Part shown: one piece after another, positions 1 to 13,113 of the stretch | How positions within the stretch are numbered: the stretch's first letter is position 1 | Layout: each line of letters opens with the position of its first letter | Assembly: GCF_018350175.1 (NCBI RefSeq) | Contig: NC_058368.1 | Coordinates: 43,154,001-43,218,000 of the forward strand | Direction of reading: 5' to 3' | From: Felis catus | Taxonomy: Eukaryota | DNA: 64,000 nucleotides | Position numbers and translations under genes: made by a program | Notes under the pieces: model-generated | Seen by the model: only the letters and a program-made list of their open reading frames with translations | Told to the model about the DNA's origin: nothing | Database searches by the model: none

Positions 1-739
1 AAAAGACAAGAACACATTGGCACAAAGGTTACAACATGAGAGATGATGGTGACAGAGCCATTAGAAGAGATGGGAAAGATCAGCACAATATTGCAGCCAC
101 TATCCTTTGTTGTGAGAATTTGTTTCCTATTTTCCTTATATAAGTTTTCAGAATTTGGTCTCTAAAACCCTTAAATGAAAAACATAACTGGCTTTAATAG
201 TGACTCCTGTGAGTGAGTCTCAATTTCTTCTGACTTCTTATGAGGATAAAATATTTAAGTAAAGTCCTATGAAACATGTAATTAATCAATAGAAAATGAT
301 AACATTTTTAAGTGTCTAGAGCAGTTTCTAACACCTAGTAGAAATATTTGTTTTTTTTCTCTTCCGTTCATCTCTCCAAAATGAATGGCAACTATAAGCA
401 ATCCTACAAACTGCATTTCTTCTTGTTAGCAATAAAATTGAGAAAATCTCATCACAAGTTTTTCCTTGCTGTTTCCTTACTAACCATCATAATTCTAAAG
501 TGCTGTATTTTAGCTGAGACAATAAGGATTAGGAGGAAAGGAAATAATTTCATCTTATTTACGTTACCTTCTTCTTTTTCTGTCTTAAATTTTGGAGAAA
601 ATAATCTCATTATGTCACTTTTATCAGTATTTCATTTTAAATTCCCTTCCCACAAGCCACTCTGCATGTGCTCTTTGACCTACACTTTCAGAGCACCTTC
701 TTAATCTCTAAAGTCAGCTTTGAAATGGATCTTTGAAGG

Positions 740-925
740 GATAGAGTGCAATAGAGCAAGGCAGGTAAGGAAAACTAAGAAGATCTCTGTGTTAGTCCTT
801 ATCTAGTCTTAAATCATATGGTAAACTTTGACATATAATTTAACCCTAGTTTGACCTCTTTAAAAATTGTCATAAAAATACCTGTCTCACAAGGTTTATT
901 ATAAAGAAAAATTATACGTTAGTGA
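740..925 (+). mobile_element. MIR SINE fragment
   Basis: Degenerate MIR core (tttaaccctagtttgacctctttaaaa...acctgtctcacaaggtttattataaag). Confidence 0.5.
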
Positions 926-1317
926 AATTATTGGATCCCTTCTCTTGGGTGTGCAACAAATTACCAAGCATTTTGAGGCATTATCAATTTTGATTACTTT
1001 TCTAATGTTAACATTTTAATGTGCTGTGAATAATATGGAATTCTATATCAGTAACATGTTACAACTGTAAGATAATTTTAGTTTTTAGGTTGAGTTTAGT
1101 CCAACATTATAAATGTGTCAAGAGAAAGGCAATGCCAGAGCAAAAGTTTGAATTGTTTTAATATCTCTCTGGCCAGTTGTTATCAGAACAATTAATTATA
1201 TATTTCATCTGGCAGGAAACTAACATTATGAAGGAAGGAAAATATTAAAAATCAATTTTTAAATGAAAAAATTTTGTCAAGATATTATTTCATGGTCAAT
1301 ACATATTAAAACAACTT

Positions 1318-1531
1318 AAAATTTTTTTTAACCTTTATTCATTTATGAGAGAAACAGAGAGACAGAGCATGAGTGGGGGAGAGTAGAGAGAGAGGAAGAC
1401 ACAGAATCTGAAGCAGGTTCCAGGCTCTGAGCTGTCAGCACAGAGCTGACACGGAGCTTGAACCAATGAACCGTGAGATCATGACCTGAGCCGAAGTCGG
1501 TCACTTAACCCACTGAGCCACCCAGGTGCCC
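1318..1531 (-). mobile_element. SINEC (felid Can-SINE)
   Basis: Reverse-complement head ends ccacccaggtgccc; (GA) tract and T-tail; TSD tattaaaacaactt at 1304-1317 and 1534-1547. Confidence 0.95.
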
Positions 1532-2751
1532 TGTATTAAAACAACTTTTTATACCATAGAATTCAAAGGTAATATTCACAAATATTTAAATTATTGAGTT
1601 ATATTGTGATCCATCTAATTTATTTTGCTTGTTAGTATAATTTCCTCAAAAGATTCAATACATATCACTCTAAAAATATGCACAACAAATATGGGGGTTT
1701 GAACTTCGTCAGAGCCAACAAATTCAGAAGACAAATACCATGTTTAATTGATTTTATTCTAATATACTATGAGTTCAGTGTGATGTTATGACCTTCAGCT
1801 ATAGTCTTGTGGCTGTTCCCTATTATCAGTTGGAGGCACTAGATTAAAACATGACCTTTAACAATTACCAAAAGAGATCATCTGTGTTTTCTCTATTCAA
1901 AGAGTTATGGGTTCTTTTAACCTTTTGAAGAGAACTTTTATTCATCCAGTGTTATTTAAAAACCCAAATGACTTTTTGAGACCCTTTTAATTCTAAAGAG
2001 GGGAGATATTTAAAGAAGGACAAGGTGAGTATTAAAATTAAACATTTGGTAGTCAGTGTATAGACTCTTGCCTGTGATGTATTCAAAAGCCTGTGAACAT
2101 TCAGTGTTAGTGCAAATTGATGTCAACCCTACTGAGAGAACAGAAGCCCTGTGAGTCTGTTGAGCTTCTGAATATTCCTGAAGCCTCTGGTGAGATGTCT
2201 GAATTGAAGTTTGTCAGACAGTGTATAAAAGCAAAATTCTTGAATTTACTTTCTACATCAATATCCAGAGACTTGTATTTAACATTTCCAACTGATTAAT
2301 AAACAGAATGTGAGAAAAATTTGAGATACTGAGTGGTTGGATTTCATCAGAAATTAACTGGTCAATGGAAAGAATTGCATAACTCCAGAAAGGGGCTAGG
2401 CTTTATATTTGGGTAAATTTTTTCTTGACTGCAATTTTAAAGTAGAGAAGGATTGTTATTTGACAGAAAGGGGATGAGTTTCCTAAAATAAGATTAAATA
2501 TGTAAAAAGAATCTTGAAGACCTGGGAGAGAAAATTCTATGAGAAACTGACTCTTAATTTTGCCTATGTGTACCACATAGAAGAAACTGTGTTAGCCATC
2601 TTAAATAACATGCAAAATAATATAGTTAAAAATACATTAAAACAAAGTAAATCAAGTTTTAATCTATGTGGATGAGCCAATGAATGCAATATTCCTTGAA
2701 TACAAAAAAAATAGACATAGGGAATTTAAATTAATAACACTAAATAGCATA

Positions 2752-2915
2752 GGGGCACCTGGGTGGCTCAGTTGGTTGAGCATCTGACTCTTGGTTTCAG
2801 TTCAGGTCATGATTTTGAGGTTCGTGAGTTCAAGCCCCACATTGGGCTCCACGTTGACAGTGCAGAATTTACTTGGGTTTCTCTCTCTCCCTCTCTCTCT
2901 GCCCCTCCCCTGCTT

Positions 2916-2952
<37 letters not shown>

Positions 2953-2974
2953 ATAAATAAGTAAACTTAAAAAA
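2752..2974 (+). mobile_element. SINEC
   Basis: ggggcacctgggtggctcagttggttgag head, (CT)n, aataaa/A tail. Confidence 0.95.
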
Positions 2975-3309
2975 CACACTACCTAGTATAAAGAATAACT
3001 ACTATAAAGATAAGAGGTGTAGGTTTTAAGGAAACTGGAATACATATAATACTGTGTATGCCAAATAACACAGACACTAAGTATATGAGAAAATTTTTTA
3101 GAAATGCAAGATGATTTTAGTAAACATTTCCAAGAATTTGAGAAACCCGGTATGCAAAAACAAGGGAAACAGAAGAATTTGATAGTAAACAATTGTTCTC
3201 TTTGATTGCTTTAGAAAGAATCATTACTGAACAGAAGTATTTATTTCTTTAAAAATTCATGGAAGATTCACAGTAAATCAATCAAAGTCTTTGCTGCACT
3301 CCTCAAATG

Positions 3310-3356
3310 AATGAATTAATGAATAAATAAATAAGTAAATAAATAAATAAATACAA

Positions 3357-3400
<44 letters not shown>

Positions 3401-3405
3401 AAAAA
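3310..3405. repeat. (TAAA)n followed by (GAAA)n microsatellite
   Basis: Direct reading of the tandem units. Confidence 0.9.
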
Positions 3406-3613
3406 GGAGAGAGCATTTTTAAGGTGATATTCTGGTCCAAATCGACGAAAAATTTATTTATTTATTTATTTTTTCCTATCAGTTCTTTATTATTTTTTTA
3501 TATAAAAATTTAAAAATAAAGCAAATTATAATAGATGTCTGTAAAAGGTGCTAACAGAATTCACCAGAGATAGGATAGGTTTTTCAACGAACTATTTAAA
3601 ATGTTTGTTTATT

Positions 3614-3834
3614 GGGGCACCTGGGTGGCGCAGTCGGTTAAGCGTCCGACTTCGGCCAGGTCATGATCTCGCGATCCGTGAGTTCGAGCCCCGCGTCGGG
3701 CTCTGGGCTGATGGCTCAGAGCCTGGAGCCTGTTTCCGATTCTGTGTCTCCCTCTCTCTCTGCCCCTCGCCTGTTCATGCTCTGTCTCTCTCTGTCCCAA
3801 AAATAAATAAACGTTGAAAAAAAAAATTAAAAAA
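3614..3834 (+). mobile_element. Young SINEC_Fc, CpG-rich
   Basis: gtggcgcagtcggttaagcgtccgac head; TSD aaaatgtttgtttatt at 3598-3613 and 3835-3850. Confidence 0.97.
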
Positions 3835-3850
3835 AAAATGTTTGTTTATT

Positions 3851-4003
3851 TATGAGAGAAAGGGGGCAGGGGGAGAATTCAAAGCAGGCTCCTTGCTGTC
3901 AGCACAGAGCCCAACATGGAGCTCAAACTCACAAACCGTAATATCATGACCTGAACGAATTCAACAGACCAACGCTTAACCGACTGAGCCACTCAGGTGT
4001 CCC
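3851..4003 (-). mobile_element. Older SINEC whose tail is split by the young SINE
   Basis: Reverse-complement head cgcttaaccgactgagccactcaggtgtccc; its T-rich tail begins near 3595. Confidence 0.9.
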
Positions 4004-5551
4004 ATTAACAAACTTTTAAGTATTACAACTAGATAGAATGAAAATGTGCCTTATCCCTTACTTCACTTTGTACCATACACAAAAATAAAGAATATAAAGA
4101 CTGAAGTACCCAGCATAAAAGCAAAATCTCTAAAATCTCTAGAGCAAAGTACAGGAGGAAATCTTCTGTACCTTGGGGAAGACACAGATTATTTAGACAG
4201 AATACAATATTAACATATAAAAATAATAAATTGAATTACCAAAATTAAAATACCATTCTCTTCAAAAAATACTACCACAAAAATAGAAAGATTAGCCACA
4301 GGTAGGAGTAAACATTCTTGATGCATGTATCTGCCAAAGGATTTATGTTCAGAATATATAAAGAACTTTTATGATTAAATGTTAAGAAATTTAAAAATCT
4401 AAAAATGAGTAAAAGTCTGAACACACACTACAAAAAGGAAAACACATTATACACGATGTCAGTAAACAAGTAAGTAAATATTAAACATGAATTGTCACAA
4501 GGGAAATGCAAAATAAAGAGCAATGAGATACCAGTTCACATTCATTAGATGGCTAAAACTAAAAATATGATAGTACCAGATTTGCCTAGATATGAACGCT
4601 CATTTAGAATGCTTGTCATTGCAAGAGTAATTACACAATGACACAATTTTTAAGTAATGACTTAACAATTACACTCCTAGGTATTTATCAAAAGAAATAA
4701 AATCATCTGTCCAATATATTCATGCATAATTACAGCCATTATATTTTTAATAGTTGACATGGAAAAAAACGCCAAATATCCATCAACAGTCAAAAGGATA
4801 CATAAGCTATAGTATGTTCACATGATGGAATCCTAATCAGTAATTTTAGAAAGTATGAACTACTGACTGACACATGTAACTATGTGTCTGAAGTCAAAAA
4901 ATGTATGCGGAGCAAAATAAGCCAAGACTGCTACCATGGGATTTTCTTTATGTGAATTTCTAGAATTAGATATACTTATCCATTGTAGAAATGAGATCAG
5001 TGGTGTGTAAAACATGGATTTGGAGTCAATAATTTACAACAAAGGAGTAAAGGGAATTTTATATGATGATAGAAAAGTTTTAAACTTGATCAACTTGATA
5101 GTTATTCTGCTGTATAAATTTTTCCAAATACATTGAATTATACACTTACTATGTGCGAATTTTACTTTAGGTAATTTATGCCTCAATAAAGTCAATAAAA
5201 ATGGACTAAAATGTTGTTTCCTGAATATTAAGAAATCTTTACATTATTACAAAATAGGATGTAACTTACTAGTGCCAGGCAGAATTTATTATCAGAGTAT
5301 AATTTAGCTACATAGATAGATTATCAGGATATCCACCTATCTGTGACTCCAACAAATTAAAGATGAAAATTCATCTTTAACAGTAAACTCTGTAATGCCA
5401 TTTGACAAAGATTAGTTTTTCTGGATAATTCCATGAAAAATAGAATAGAATAGGAATAGAATATTACCTTTTATAAGATGCAAAAATGTTTATCCTAAAA
5501 ACCCAAACAGTAAAATGACTGTTAAAATCAACTTTAGAAGGATGTCTATAA

Positions 5552-5695
5552 GGGGTGCCTGCGTAGCTCAGTCGGTTAAGCATCTGACTTTGGTTCAGGT
5601 CATGATCTTGTGGTTTGTGAGTTCCAGCCCCATGTCAGGCTCTGTGCTGACAGCTCAAAGCCTGAAGCTTGCTTCCGATTCTTATTCTTATTCTA

Positions 5696-5742
<47 letters not shown>

Positions 5743-5811
5743 TCCTCCCCTATCACACTCTGTCTTTCTCGGTCTCTCAAAAATAAATAAACATTAAAAA
5801 TTTTAAAAAAG
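5552..5811 (+). mobile_element. SINEC
   Basis: Head, long (CT)n and A tail; imperfect TSD agaaggatgtc. Confidence 0.95.
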
Positions 5812-5955
5812 AGAAGGATGTCGTAATCATAATATAAGTAAACAATATCTCAGGTATTCTAGAAAATTCAAGAAGATTGGAAAACAAACTATTCTAAATT
5901 AAACATACTAGGATAAGTCATTTATGCAGATACAATAATTATACAACTAGAAACA

Positions 5956-5956
<1 letters not shown>

Positions 5957-5991
<35 letters not shown>
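5957..5991. repeat. (CA)n microsatellite
   Basis: Direct reading. Confidence 0.95.
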
Positions 5992-5994
<3 letters not shown>

Positions 5995-6277
5995 TTTGGA
6001 GGAACAAGAAAGAATCTTGTGTCTACGAAGTATCATGAACAAAATCTAGATACAACCGGCTGAATTCAAATAATAAATTCTGCTCCTGGTAAAGTGGTGG
6101 CAGCTGCTGTCTGTGTTCAATTATATTAGCCTAAGCCTTTTCTGGGCTACTTGGAAACTGCCACAAATATGTGTAATTCATCCAGAAATCTGAGCCAAAT
6201 GTACCTTTAGAATTTGGGATGTCCCTCACTTTTACACTCCTTTCTAGGGTTTTTTTCCCTCACTTCCCAGCTCCTAT

Positions 6278-7696
6278 TATCTTCATCTGTTTGGACTACC
6301 ATAACAAAATACCACAGACTGGGTAGCTTATAAGCAACAGTAATTTACTTTTCATAGTTCTGGAGAATGGGAAGTCTAAGATTATAGTGCCAGCAGATTC
6401 AGTGTTTAATGAGGGCTCACTTCTTAGAAGATGCCTTCTCACTGTATCCTCAAATGGAGGAAGGACAGAGGAAGTTCTGTGGGGTCTCTTTTGTAAGAGC
6501 ATTAATCCCATTCAGGAGAGTTCCATCCTCTTGACCTAAGTACCTCCCAAAGGCCCTTCATCCTGAAAAGTCATATTGAGCATTAAGATTTGGAGATGGG
6601 GGGACACAAATATTCAGACCATAGCATTCCACCCCAAACCCCAAAATTCATGTCCTTCTCACAGGCAAAATACATTCATTTTACCCCACCAGTCCCCAAA
6701 GTGTTAACTCATTCCAGCATTAACTCAAAAATTTAAAGTCGGTCTCATCTAAATATCATCTAAATCAAATATGGGTGAGACTCAAGGTACAATTAATTCT
6801 GAGGCAAATTGTTCTCTAGCTGTGAATCAGTGAAATTAAACAAGTTAGGTGCTTCCAAAATGCACTGGTGGGATAGAATGGGTAAACATTCCCATCCCAA
6901 AAGTGAGAAATAGGAAATAAGGGTGTTTCAGGCCCCAAGCAAGTCCAAAATTCAACAGAGAAACAGCATCAAATTTTAAAGCTCAAAATAATCTTCTCTA
7001 ACTGGATGTTGTGAATTCCAGGCCCACTGAGGCAGGGGTCCTCCCTTCTAGACACGCTGGGGTGTCCTCAAACCCCCTGGCTTTGCTGGGCACAGCTCAT
7101 GCAGCTACTCTCTGTGGCTCGCCAGAGCTGGAATCATAAGCTGGTGGCGTAACCTGCTTGGGTCTCAGGGGCAGCCCAACACTATGGATCTACTGGCCAT
7201 TGCCCTACTGGTTGCCTGGTCCTTGTTACAGTCTCTGCCTTGGGTCACATGTCTGTAACTCCAGCATATCCCATCCTTCAAAACTTAGGTGGAGGTAGCC
7301 ATGCTTTTCTGGCTTTGCTGGGTAGATCCCCCACCAACATCTTTGAGTAGGGGTCATCTGACCTATTGAATCCAGGCAATGGCCTCCCTTTTGAAACTGA
7401 GGAAGCAGTCCTCATTACCTCTGAATTGCCTTTGAGGAACTTCTCGTAATCTTAAAGAATATTGCATATTCTTAACCAAATAGCTCTATGGTTCCATCCT
7501 GTAAAATATAAATCTGGCAGGGGCACCTGGGTGACTCAGTTGGTTAAGTGTGTGACTCTTGATTTTGGCTCAGGTTATGATCTCATGGTTTGTGAGACTG
7601 GGCCCTGGTTGAGCAATCTGTGCTGACAGTGTGGAGCCTGCTTGGGATTCTCTCTCCCCCTCTCTCTTTGTCCCTCCCTCACCTTCTCTCTCTCTG

Positions 7697-7745
<49 letters not shown>

Positions 7746-8203
7746 GACTAAATAAAAAATAAACATTAAAAAAATACAAGTCTGATAACCTTCTTTCATT
7801 CCTGCCTGTCTCCTTCCCCTTTGGTTCAAGTTGGCTATTTTCATGCTAACACGACTGATTAAGTTTGTGGTTCACACTAAAACTAATCCATCCAGGTTGC
7901 TTAACAAAATACTGTAGAATAGGTAGCTTATAAACAAGAGAAGTTTATTTCTCACAGTTTTGGAGTATAGGAAATGCAAGATTATGGTGCCAGCAGATTT
8001 CATGTTCAGGGAGGGCCCAGGGATTTCTAGCTGTGTGGCCACATCGTAGAAAGGGCTAGGGAGATCTTTGGGATCTCTTTTATAAAAGTACTGATTCTAT
8101 TCATGAGAGGATCTACTCTAATGACCCAAGCATCTCTGGAATACCCTACTTCCTAATACTACCACACTGAGAATTTGGATTTCAACACATTCAGACCCTT
8201 ACA
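6278..8203 (-). mobile_element. Two-LTR MaLR (MLT1A-like): LTR 6278-6626, internal region, LTR ~7880-8203
   Basis: Two similar MLT1A-type LTRs; purine tract GGGGTGGAA abuts the minus-strand 3' LTR; MaLR-internal sequence (aaattcatgtccttctcaca..., gggtaaacattcccatcccaaaag); 5-bp TSD CCTAT at 6273-6277 and 8204-8208. Confidence 0.88.
7520..7770 (+). mobile_element. SINEC inserted in the MaLR internal region
   Basis: Head, (CT)n, A tail; degenerate TSD aaaatataaatctg / aaaatacaagtctg. Confidence 0.93.
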
Positions 8204-8328
8204 CCTATAGCTGCTTTAACTTTGCCCTCTAGTACCCAAGAAATGAGACTATAGATTTTCTTCCTAAGTTTTAGCTAAAAGGTATATCTCCCCCTTAGGC
8301 TAAAGGACATAAGAGAATGCACCCATGC

Positions 8329-8335
8329 CACACGC

Positions 8336-8388
<53 letters not shown>
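8329..8388. repeat. (CG)n/(CA)n compound microsatellite
   Basis: gcgtgcgcgcgcgc followed by (ca)n. Confidence 0.95.
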
Positions 8389-8391
<3 letters not shown>

Positions 8392-8774
8392 AAATTTATC
8401 CAGTGACTTCCCTTTTATCCAAGCTTCAACTTCTTTTCAGTATGTGTCTCTACTAGTTTGTTATTCAGTGCCTTTAGACAGTTTTTGTTTCATTTGGAAT
8501 TTGTTATCTGCAAAAGGGATAAATTTTCTTTCCCCTGGAAAAGTTTTAATGATATTAACTGGTCATTTCCAGTGATATTAATTAAAGATGAAAATTGAAT
8601 AATCATGCATGATATGCTAAAATAATATTTCTTAAGCATTTTAAATACAATGATTTATATTAGACAATTTTATTTCCATACCCATTTGTTGTACTATGTT
8701 GTGTTTAACAAAAATAGAAATTGCAAATTTTTAAATATTTAGTTTTCAAAATAAACTCACGAAGATGATAAATA

Positions 8775-9011
8775 TTTTTTAAATGTTTATTTATTTTGAG
8801 ACAGAGAGAGAAACAGAGAGAAAGAGAGAGAGAGAGAATGCAAGTGGGGAGGGGCAGAGAGAGAGAGAGGGAGAGAATCCCAAGCAGATTCCATGCTGTC
8901 AGACAGAGCCCAACATGGGGCTTGATCCCAGGAGCCCCAAGATCATGAAATCATGACCTGAGCCAAAATCAAGAGTCTGAAACTTAACCAACTGAGCCAC
9001 TCAGGTGCCCC
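8775..9011 (-). mobile_element. SINEC
   Basis: T tail, (GA)n, reverse-complement head gagccactcaggtgcccc. Confidence 0.95.
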
Positions 9012-9624
9012 AAGAATGATGTACGTTTATAAATTAATATACATATATATTTTTGTAGAGAGTGAATCTAACTTTATCAGTAAAGCAGTTTTAAAGTAAA
9101 TCAGTAAGATGAGAACACCACTAATAAAAGTGATATCGCCACCTGTAGTAATCACATGCCTTGAACTACATAGTTCCTAAAATGTTTTAACTTGTAGAAA
9201 AATATACTTAAATATTTGACCACAAATTAGATCCTTATTTAAGATTTAAATTTGTTATGGCATTGGACTGCTCTATAAGAAAAAGTTGAAAATGTTGCCT
9301 ACTGATAAGACTGAAGTGTCGTTGCAGCAAGATCTCAGCATTCACCTTCTAACTTGTTGAAAAGAAGATTCAGCCAGTGTGAAGTCATAGAACATGTGCT
9401 TACATCTCAGTCAAAAGGAAAAACAATCCTGAATTTGAATGTTTTTTCAAATTTCATTAGCTTTGTCCAGGTGACAAAGTTAATCAAATGCTGGACTAAA
9501 CATTAAATTTGTTTTCAGTGTATTTTTTTCCCTAACTTTTCGTAGTTTGAGATGTCTCCCCTTTGACTTTAATACTATGTAAAATGAGAAGATACGTAGA
9601 GATGTACAGGTATAACTTATGACT

Positions 9625-9755
9625 GTGGTGACCATATAATTTATCAATTAAATTGTGACACTTAAGAGTGAGGGTGTTGCTATCAGTAATTACTCTGGAA
9701 TGTCAGGAGAAAGCTAGAGCTATAGTTAAAGCAAAGATACATGGACCTGCAACCA
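9625..9755 (+). mobile_element. hAT-Blackjack MITE (MER94-like)
   Basis: ggtgaccatataatttatc...gacacttaagagtga resembles the recalled MER94 5' end. Confidence 0.55.
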
Positions 9756-10229
9756 TGAAGGCTTAAATGTAACTTATATCTGCATTCTCTAATTGAGGTA
9801 TTATTTTTAATACTATTATTTAAAAGAAATGAATAGGATTTGTTTTTTCTCTGTTATTAATGGATTTTTTTCTCTCAGTCCAATCAGAGAGAAGCCAATA
9901 TGGGCTCCAAGGACACCCTCTTGGCAAGGATCATTGTTATTATTTTTGTCTAGCTTGCTCACTATTGGTATACTTCAGGTTTTTTTCCCTTCTCACCTGC
10001 ATTATGGTGTATTTGTAACATGTGCTGAACTTGTCTGCCAGTTTTGACCTCGAGTGCAATCTATATACTCTTAAACCTCTTAAATACCTCTTTATTTAAC
10101 ACAGAAAAACTAATTACTCACCATGAAGTGCAAGGCACTTTTTTTTCCCTTGTCTTGTTTCTTGTTTTATTCTTGTCTGCCACTTTGCTCATTTTTCTCT
10201 CTCTGTCCATGATTTTGCACTCTATTCTC

Positions 10230-10590
10230 AGCCAAACACACTCCTCCATTGATTCAGGCTAAGTCTCTGTATAATTTATTTGCTAGGAATATAACTGCTC
10301 TCCTTACTATCTGGTAAACACGTATTCCTGTTTTAAAATGTAGTTCAAACTTTGACTCTTCTATCATGATTTTCTTAACACATCTAAATGTATGATGTGT
10401 TTATTTATGGATTAAAAAATGTGTTTTTTTTAATAAAACTTACATATTAATATAGTTTTAAAAATGCATATTTATGCATTAGGAACCTGAAAAACATAAG
10501 ATATGGGGCATATCTTTCTCATTTTGTATCTCTGTTGTCTTTCACTACCTTTTTAATAAGTGCTGATAAATATTTAATGAAATAAGTGAC
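10230..10590 (+). mobile_element. L2 LINE 3' fragment
   Basis: Degenerate L2 3' end finishing gtgctgataaatatttaatgaaataagtga. Confidence 0.55.
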
Positions 10591-10683
10591 ACTGCCATGA
10601 AACTGTCTTTTGTTGCTTATTGCCAATTTACCTGTGGCTTCGCATCTCGTCTGTTATAAAATTTCCATTTTTAAAGAATTTTG

Positions 10684-10900
10684 AGGAGTGCTTGGGTGGC
10701 TAAGTTGGTTAAGCATCCAACTTCAGTTCAGGTCATGATTTCACAGTTCATGAGTTTGAGCCCCACATTGGGTTCTGTGCTGACAGTTCAGAGCCTAGAG
10801 CCTGTTTCAGATTCTATGTCTCCCTCTCTCTCTGCCCCTCCCTGCCTGTGCTCTGGGTTTCTCTGTCTCTCAACAATAAATAAACATTAAAAAATTAAAA
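10684..10900 (+). mobile_element. SINEC
   Basis: Degenerate head, body cagagcctagagcctgtttcagattc, A tail. Confidence 0.92.
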
Positions 10901-12425
10901 ACTTTTTAAATTTCCTGACATTTTGGTAAAATTTTAAAGTTAATATATTGGGATTTAAAATAATATATTTTTGTCTTCTAAAAGCTTACAAAAATTTATT
11001 TTTTAAATATCTTTTATTCCAAGTCTCTGTACTCACTCTAAGAAATGCGTAAACTAGATATTGTTCTTTTTTACCAAAACAGAGGAATATGAATTGACTA
11101 AATATAATTATTTCAACCTGAAATAATGCATTACAGAAAACGGTAAATTAAAAAATGTGTGGTTTTAATGTTTATCTTAAAGAATAAAAATAAAATTTTA
11201 CCTAATATGTGGATTAACTGATTGGTATAATTAACTGTAATGACAGTATAAATTATTCTGTAGCATATCTCATTATGGTATTACTTTGAATATATATGTA
11301 AAATGGAGAAATTATATATAAGAGAATCTACCAAAATAAAAGATTTTGTAAGATGAGGTGGAAAATAAATCTAAAGGTAAAGCTATTCCCCTTGGAAAGC
11401 TGATATCCCTCAATTATTTTATTATTTTTGATCCATGTAAGTCACAGAAAGTAGACTCACAATCTAAACAAGCTATACTTAACAAAGTATCCAATCAACT
11501 TTATCAAAGGGGTATGTAAAATTACCTAAAAACCATTCACTTTTTGGATAGTGCTTTTTGGAGCACTATCCTAAATAATTTGAGTACAGGGATGACATTT
11601 AAAAGTAAAGGAGAAAAATGGGAAGAGAAGATTATATAAGGACATGCATTTCCTTCATTCAATTTAACACTATCATTTTTCTTAATTATTCTTGACTTTT
11701 TACCCATTTCATCTATTTTCCATGAGCTCCCTTCAGCAGTTTAAAAAAAAATAGGGCAGTTACTTTTCAGAACAAATTGTCTATTGCTGTCTTTTTAATC
11801 TTGATCCTACCCCTCATCTATAAGCAGATAGCATCACCTGTCTATAAGCAAGTGTGTTTTTACCAAGAATTTCTATAAATGCATTACTGAAGATTGAATT
11901 AGTTTCTTAAACTAAATAAGGCAGTGAGGCACTTGCTTACATCCACTACTTTACAGGTAATATCTTTGCATTTGTAACAAAGTGTATTCATTTAAAAATA
12001 TGTCTATGTATTTACAGTTATAAAATTATAAATTAACTAATACTTCAATATTAGAATGATAATATAATTATTCAAATTAAAATTGTGAAGAAAACAAGTG
12101 CTGTATTCAACCCATAATTATTCATATGTAAATAAAAAACCATGAGGACAAATAGTGAGAAAGAATAATGTACTAACATTATTTTATATTATAGTGGAGT
12201 TTTAAGATTTTATGGTGATTCTTTAAACTGATCTTTGATTTTTAATTATTGTCAATTATTTCAATAAAATCAACAACACAAATGAAATTTAATGATTTAA
12301 TTCATGTTGCTACTTAAAGTCCTTTATGTATTCATATCTTAAAAATATTTTTAGGAGGGGTGTTCAAAATATAATCTAGATATGAGGTAGATTGTTATTT
12401 ATTGTATAATTTAAAATTACTTTTT

Positions 12426-12635
12426 TAAAGTTTATTTATTTATTTTGAGGGAGAGAGAGCATGAATGTATTCAAGTAGGGGAGGGGCAGACAGAGAGAGG
12501 GAGAGAGAGAATCCCAAGCAGGCTCAGCATTGTCAGCACAGAGCCAATGGGGGCTCAGTCCCACAAACCATGGGATCATGATCTGAGCCAAAACCAAGAG
12601 TTGGACGCTTAACCAACTGAGCGACCCAGGTACCC
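12426..12635 (-). mobile_element. SINEC
   Basis: Reverse-complement SINE; TSD ttaaaattacttttt at 12411-12425 and 12636-12650. Confidence 0.95.
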
Positions 12636-12896
12636 TTAAAATTACTTTTTAAAATTTAAGTCATTACTCTAAAAGTATTGGGATAAATTGTTCTATATTT
12701 TATACAAATCAATGACAAGTTTTGAAAATAAAGTATATAATAAACATAAACAAGTGTGCTACTTGTCACAATATATATACCATAAAATCACAATATTTTA
12801 GAGAATGGATGGAAACAGATGGAACACTTGATTTTACATTTAGAAAACCTGTATCACCGCCAAGTTGGTTTTTGAAAGTAAACCATATAAACTATG

Positions 12897-13113
12897 TTTT
12901 TATTTTTTTTTAGAGACAGAGTGCACACTAGCAGGGAGAGGGGTAGAGAGAGAGAAAGAGAAAGAGAGAGAGAGAGAGGGAGAGAGAGAGAATCTTAGGC
13001 AGGCTCCTCAGCATGGAGCCCAACAGGGGGCTCTATCCCATGACCCTGGGATTATGACCTGAGCTGGAATGAAGAGTTGGACACTCACCCTACTGAGCCA
13101 CCCAGGCACGCCC
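12897..13113 (-). mobile_element. SINEC (older type)
   Basis: T tail, (GA)n, reverse-complement head gagccacccaggcacgccc. Confidence 0.9.

Larger units (their letters stand above)
3520..5200 (+). mobile_element. Ancient L1 (L1MC/L1ME-type), ORF2 3' end plus 3' UTR, interrupted by SINEs
   Basis: L1 ORF2 C-terminal motifs (accatacacaaaaata, aatgagataccagttcacattcattagatggctaaa, aaatatccatcaacag) ending atgcctcaataaagtcaataaaaa. Confidence 0.75.

Noticed and set aside
348..704. 118-aa ORF and the many other 60-140 aa ORFs in the track
   Set aside because: Low-complexity F/L/I/S-rich translations, often with non-ATG starts, with no recognisable domain. Many overlap SINEs, L1s or microsatellites.
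2752..2840. tRNA-like A/B boxes in SINE heads
   Set aside because: These are tRNA-derived SINE promoters, not tRNA genes.
3548..3817. ORFs with GAPGWRSRLSVRL...ACFRFCVSLSLCPSP (also at 53592)
   Set aside because: Translation of the SINEC consensus, not a gene family.
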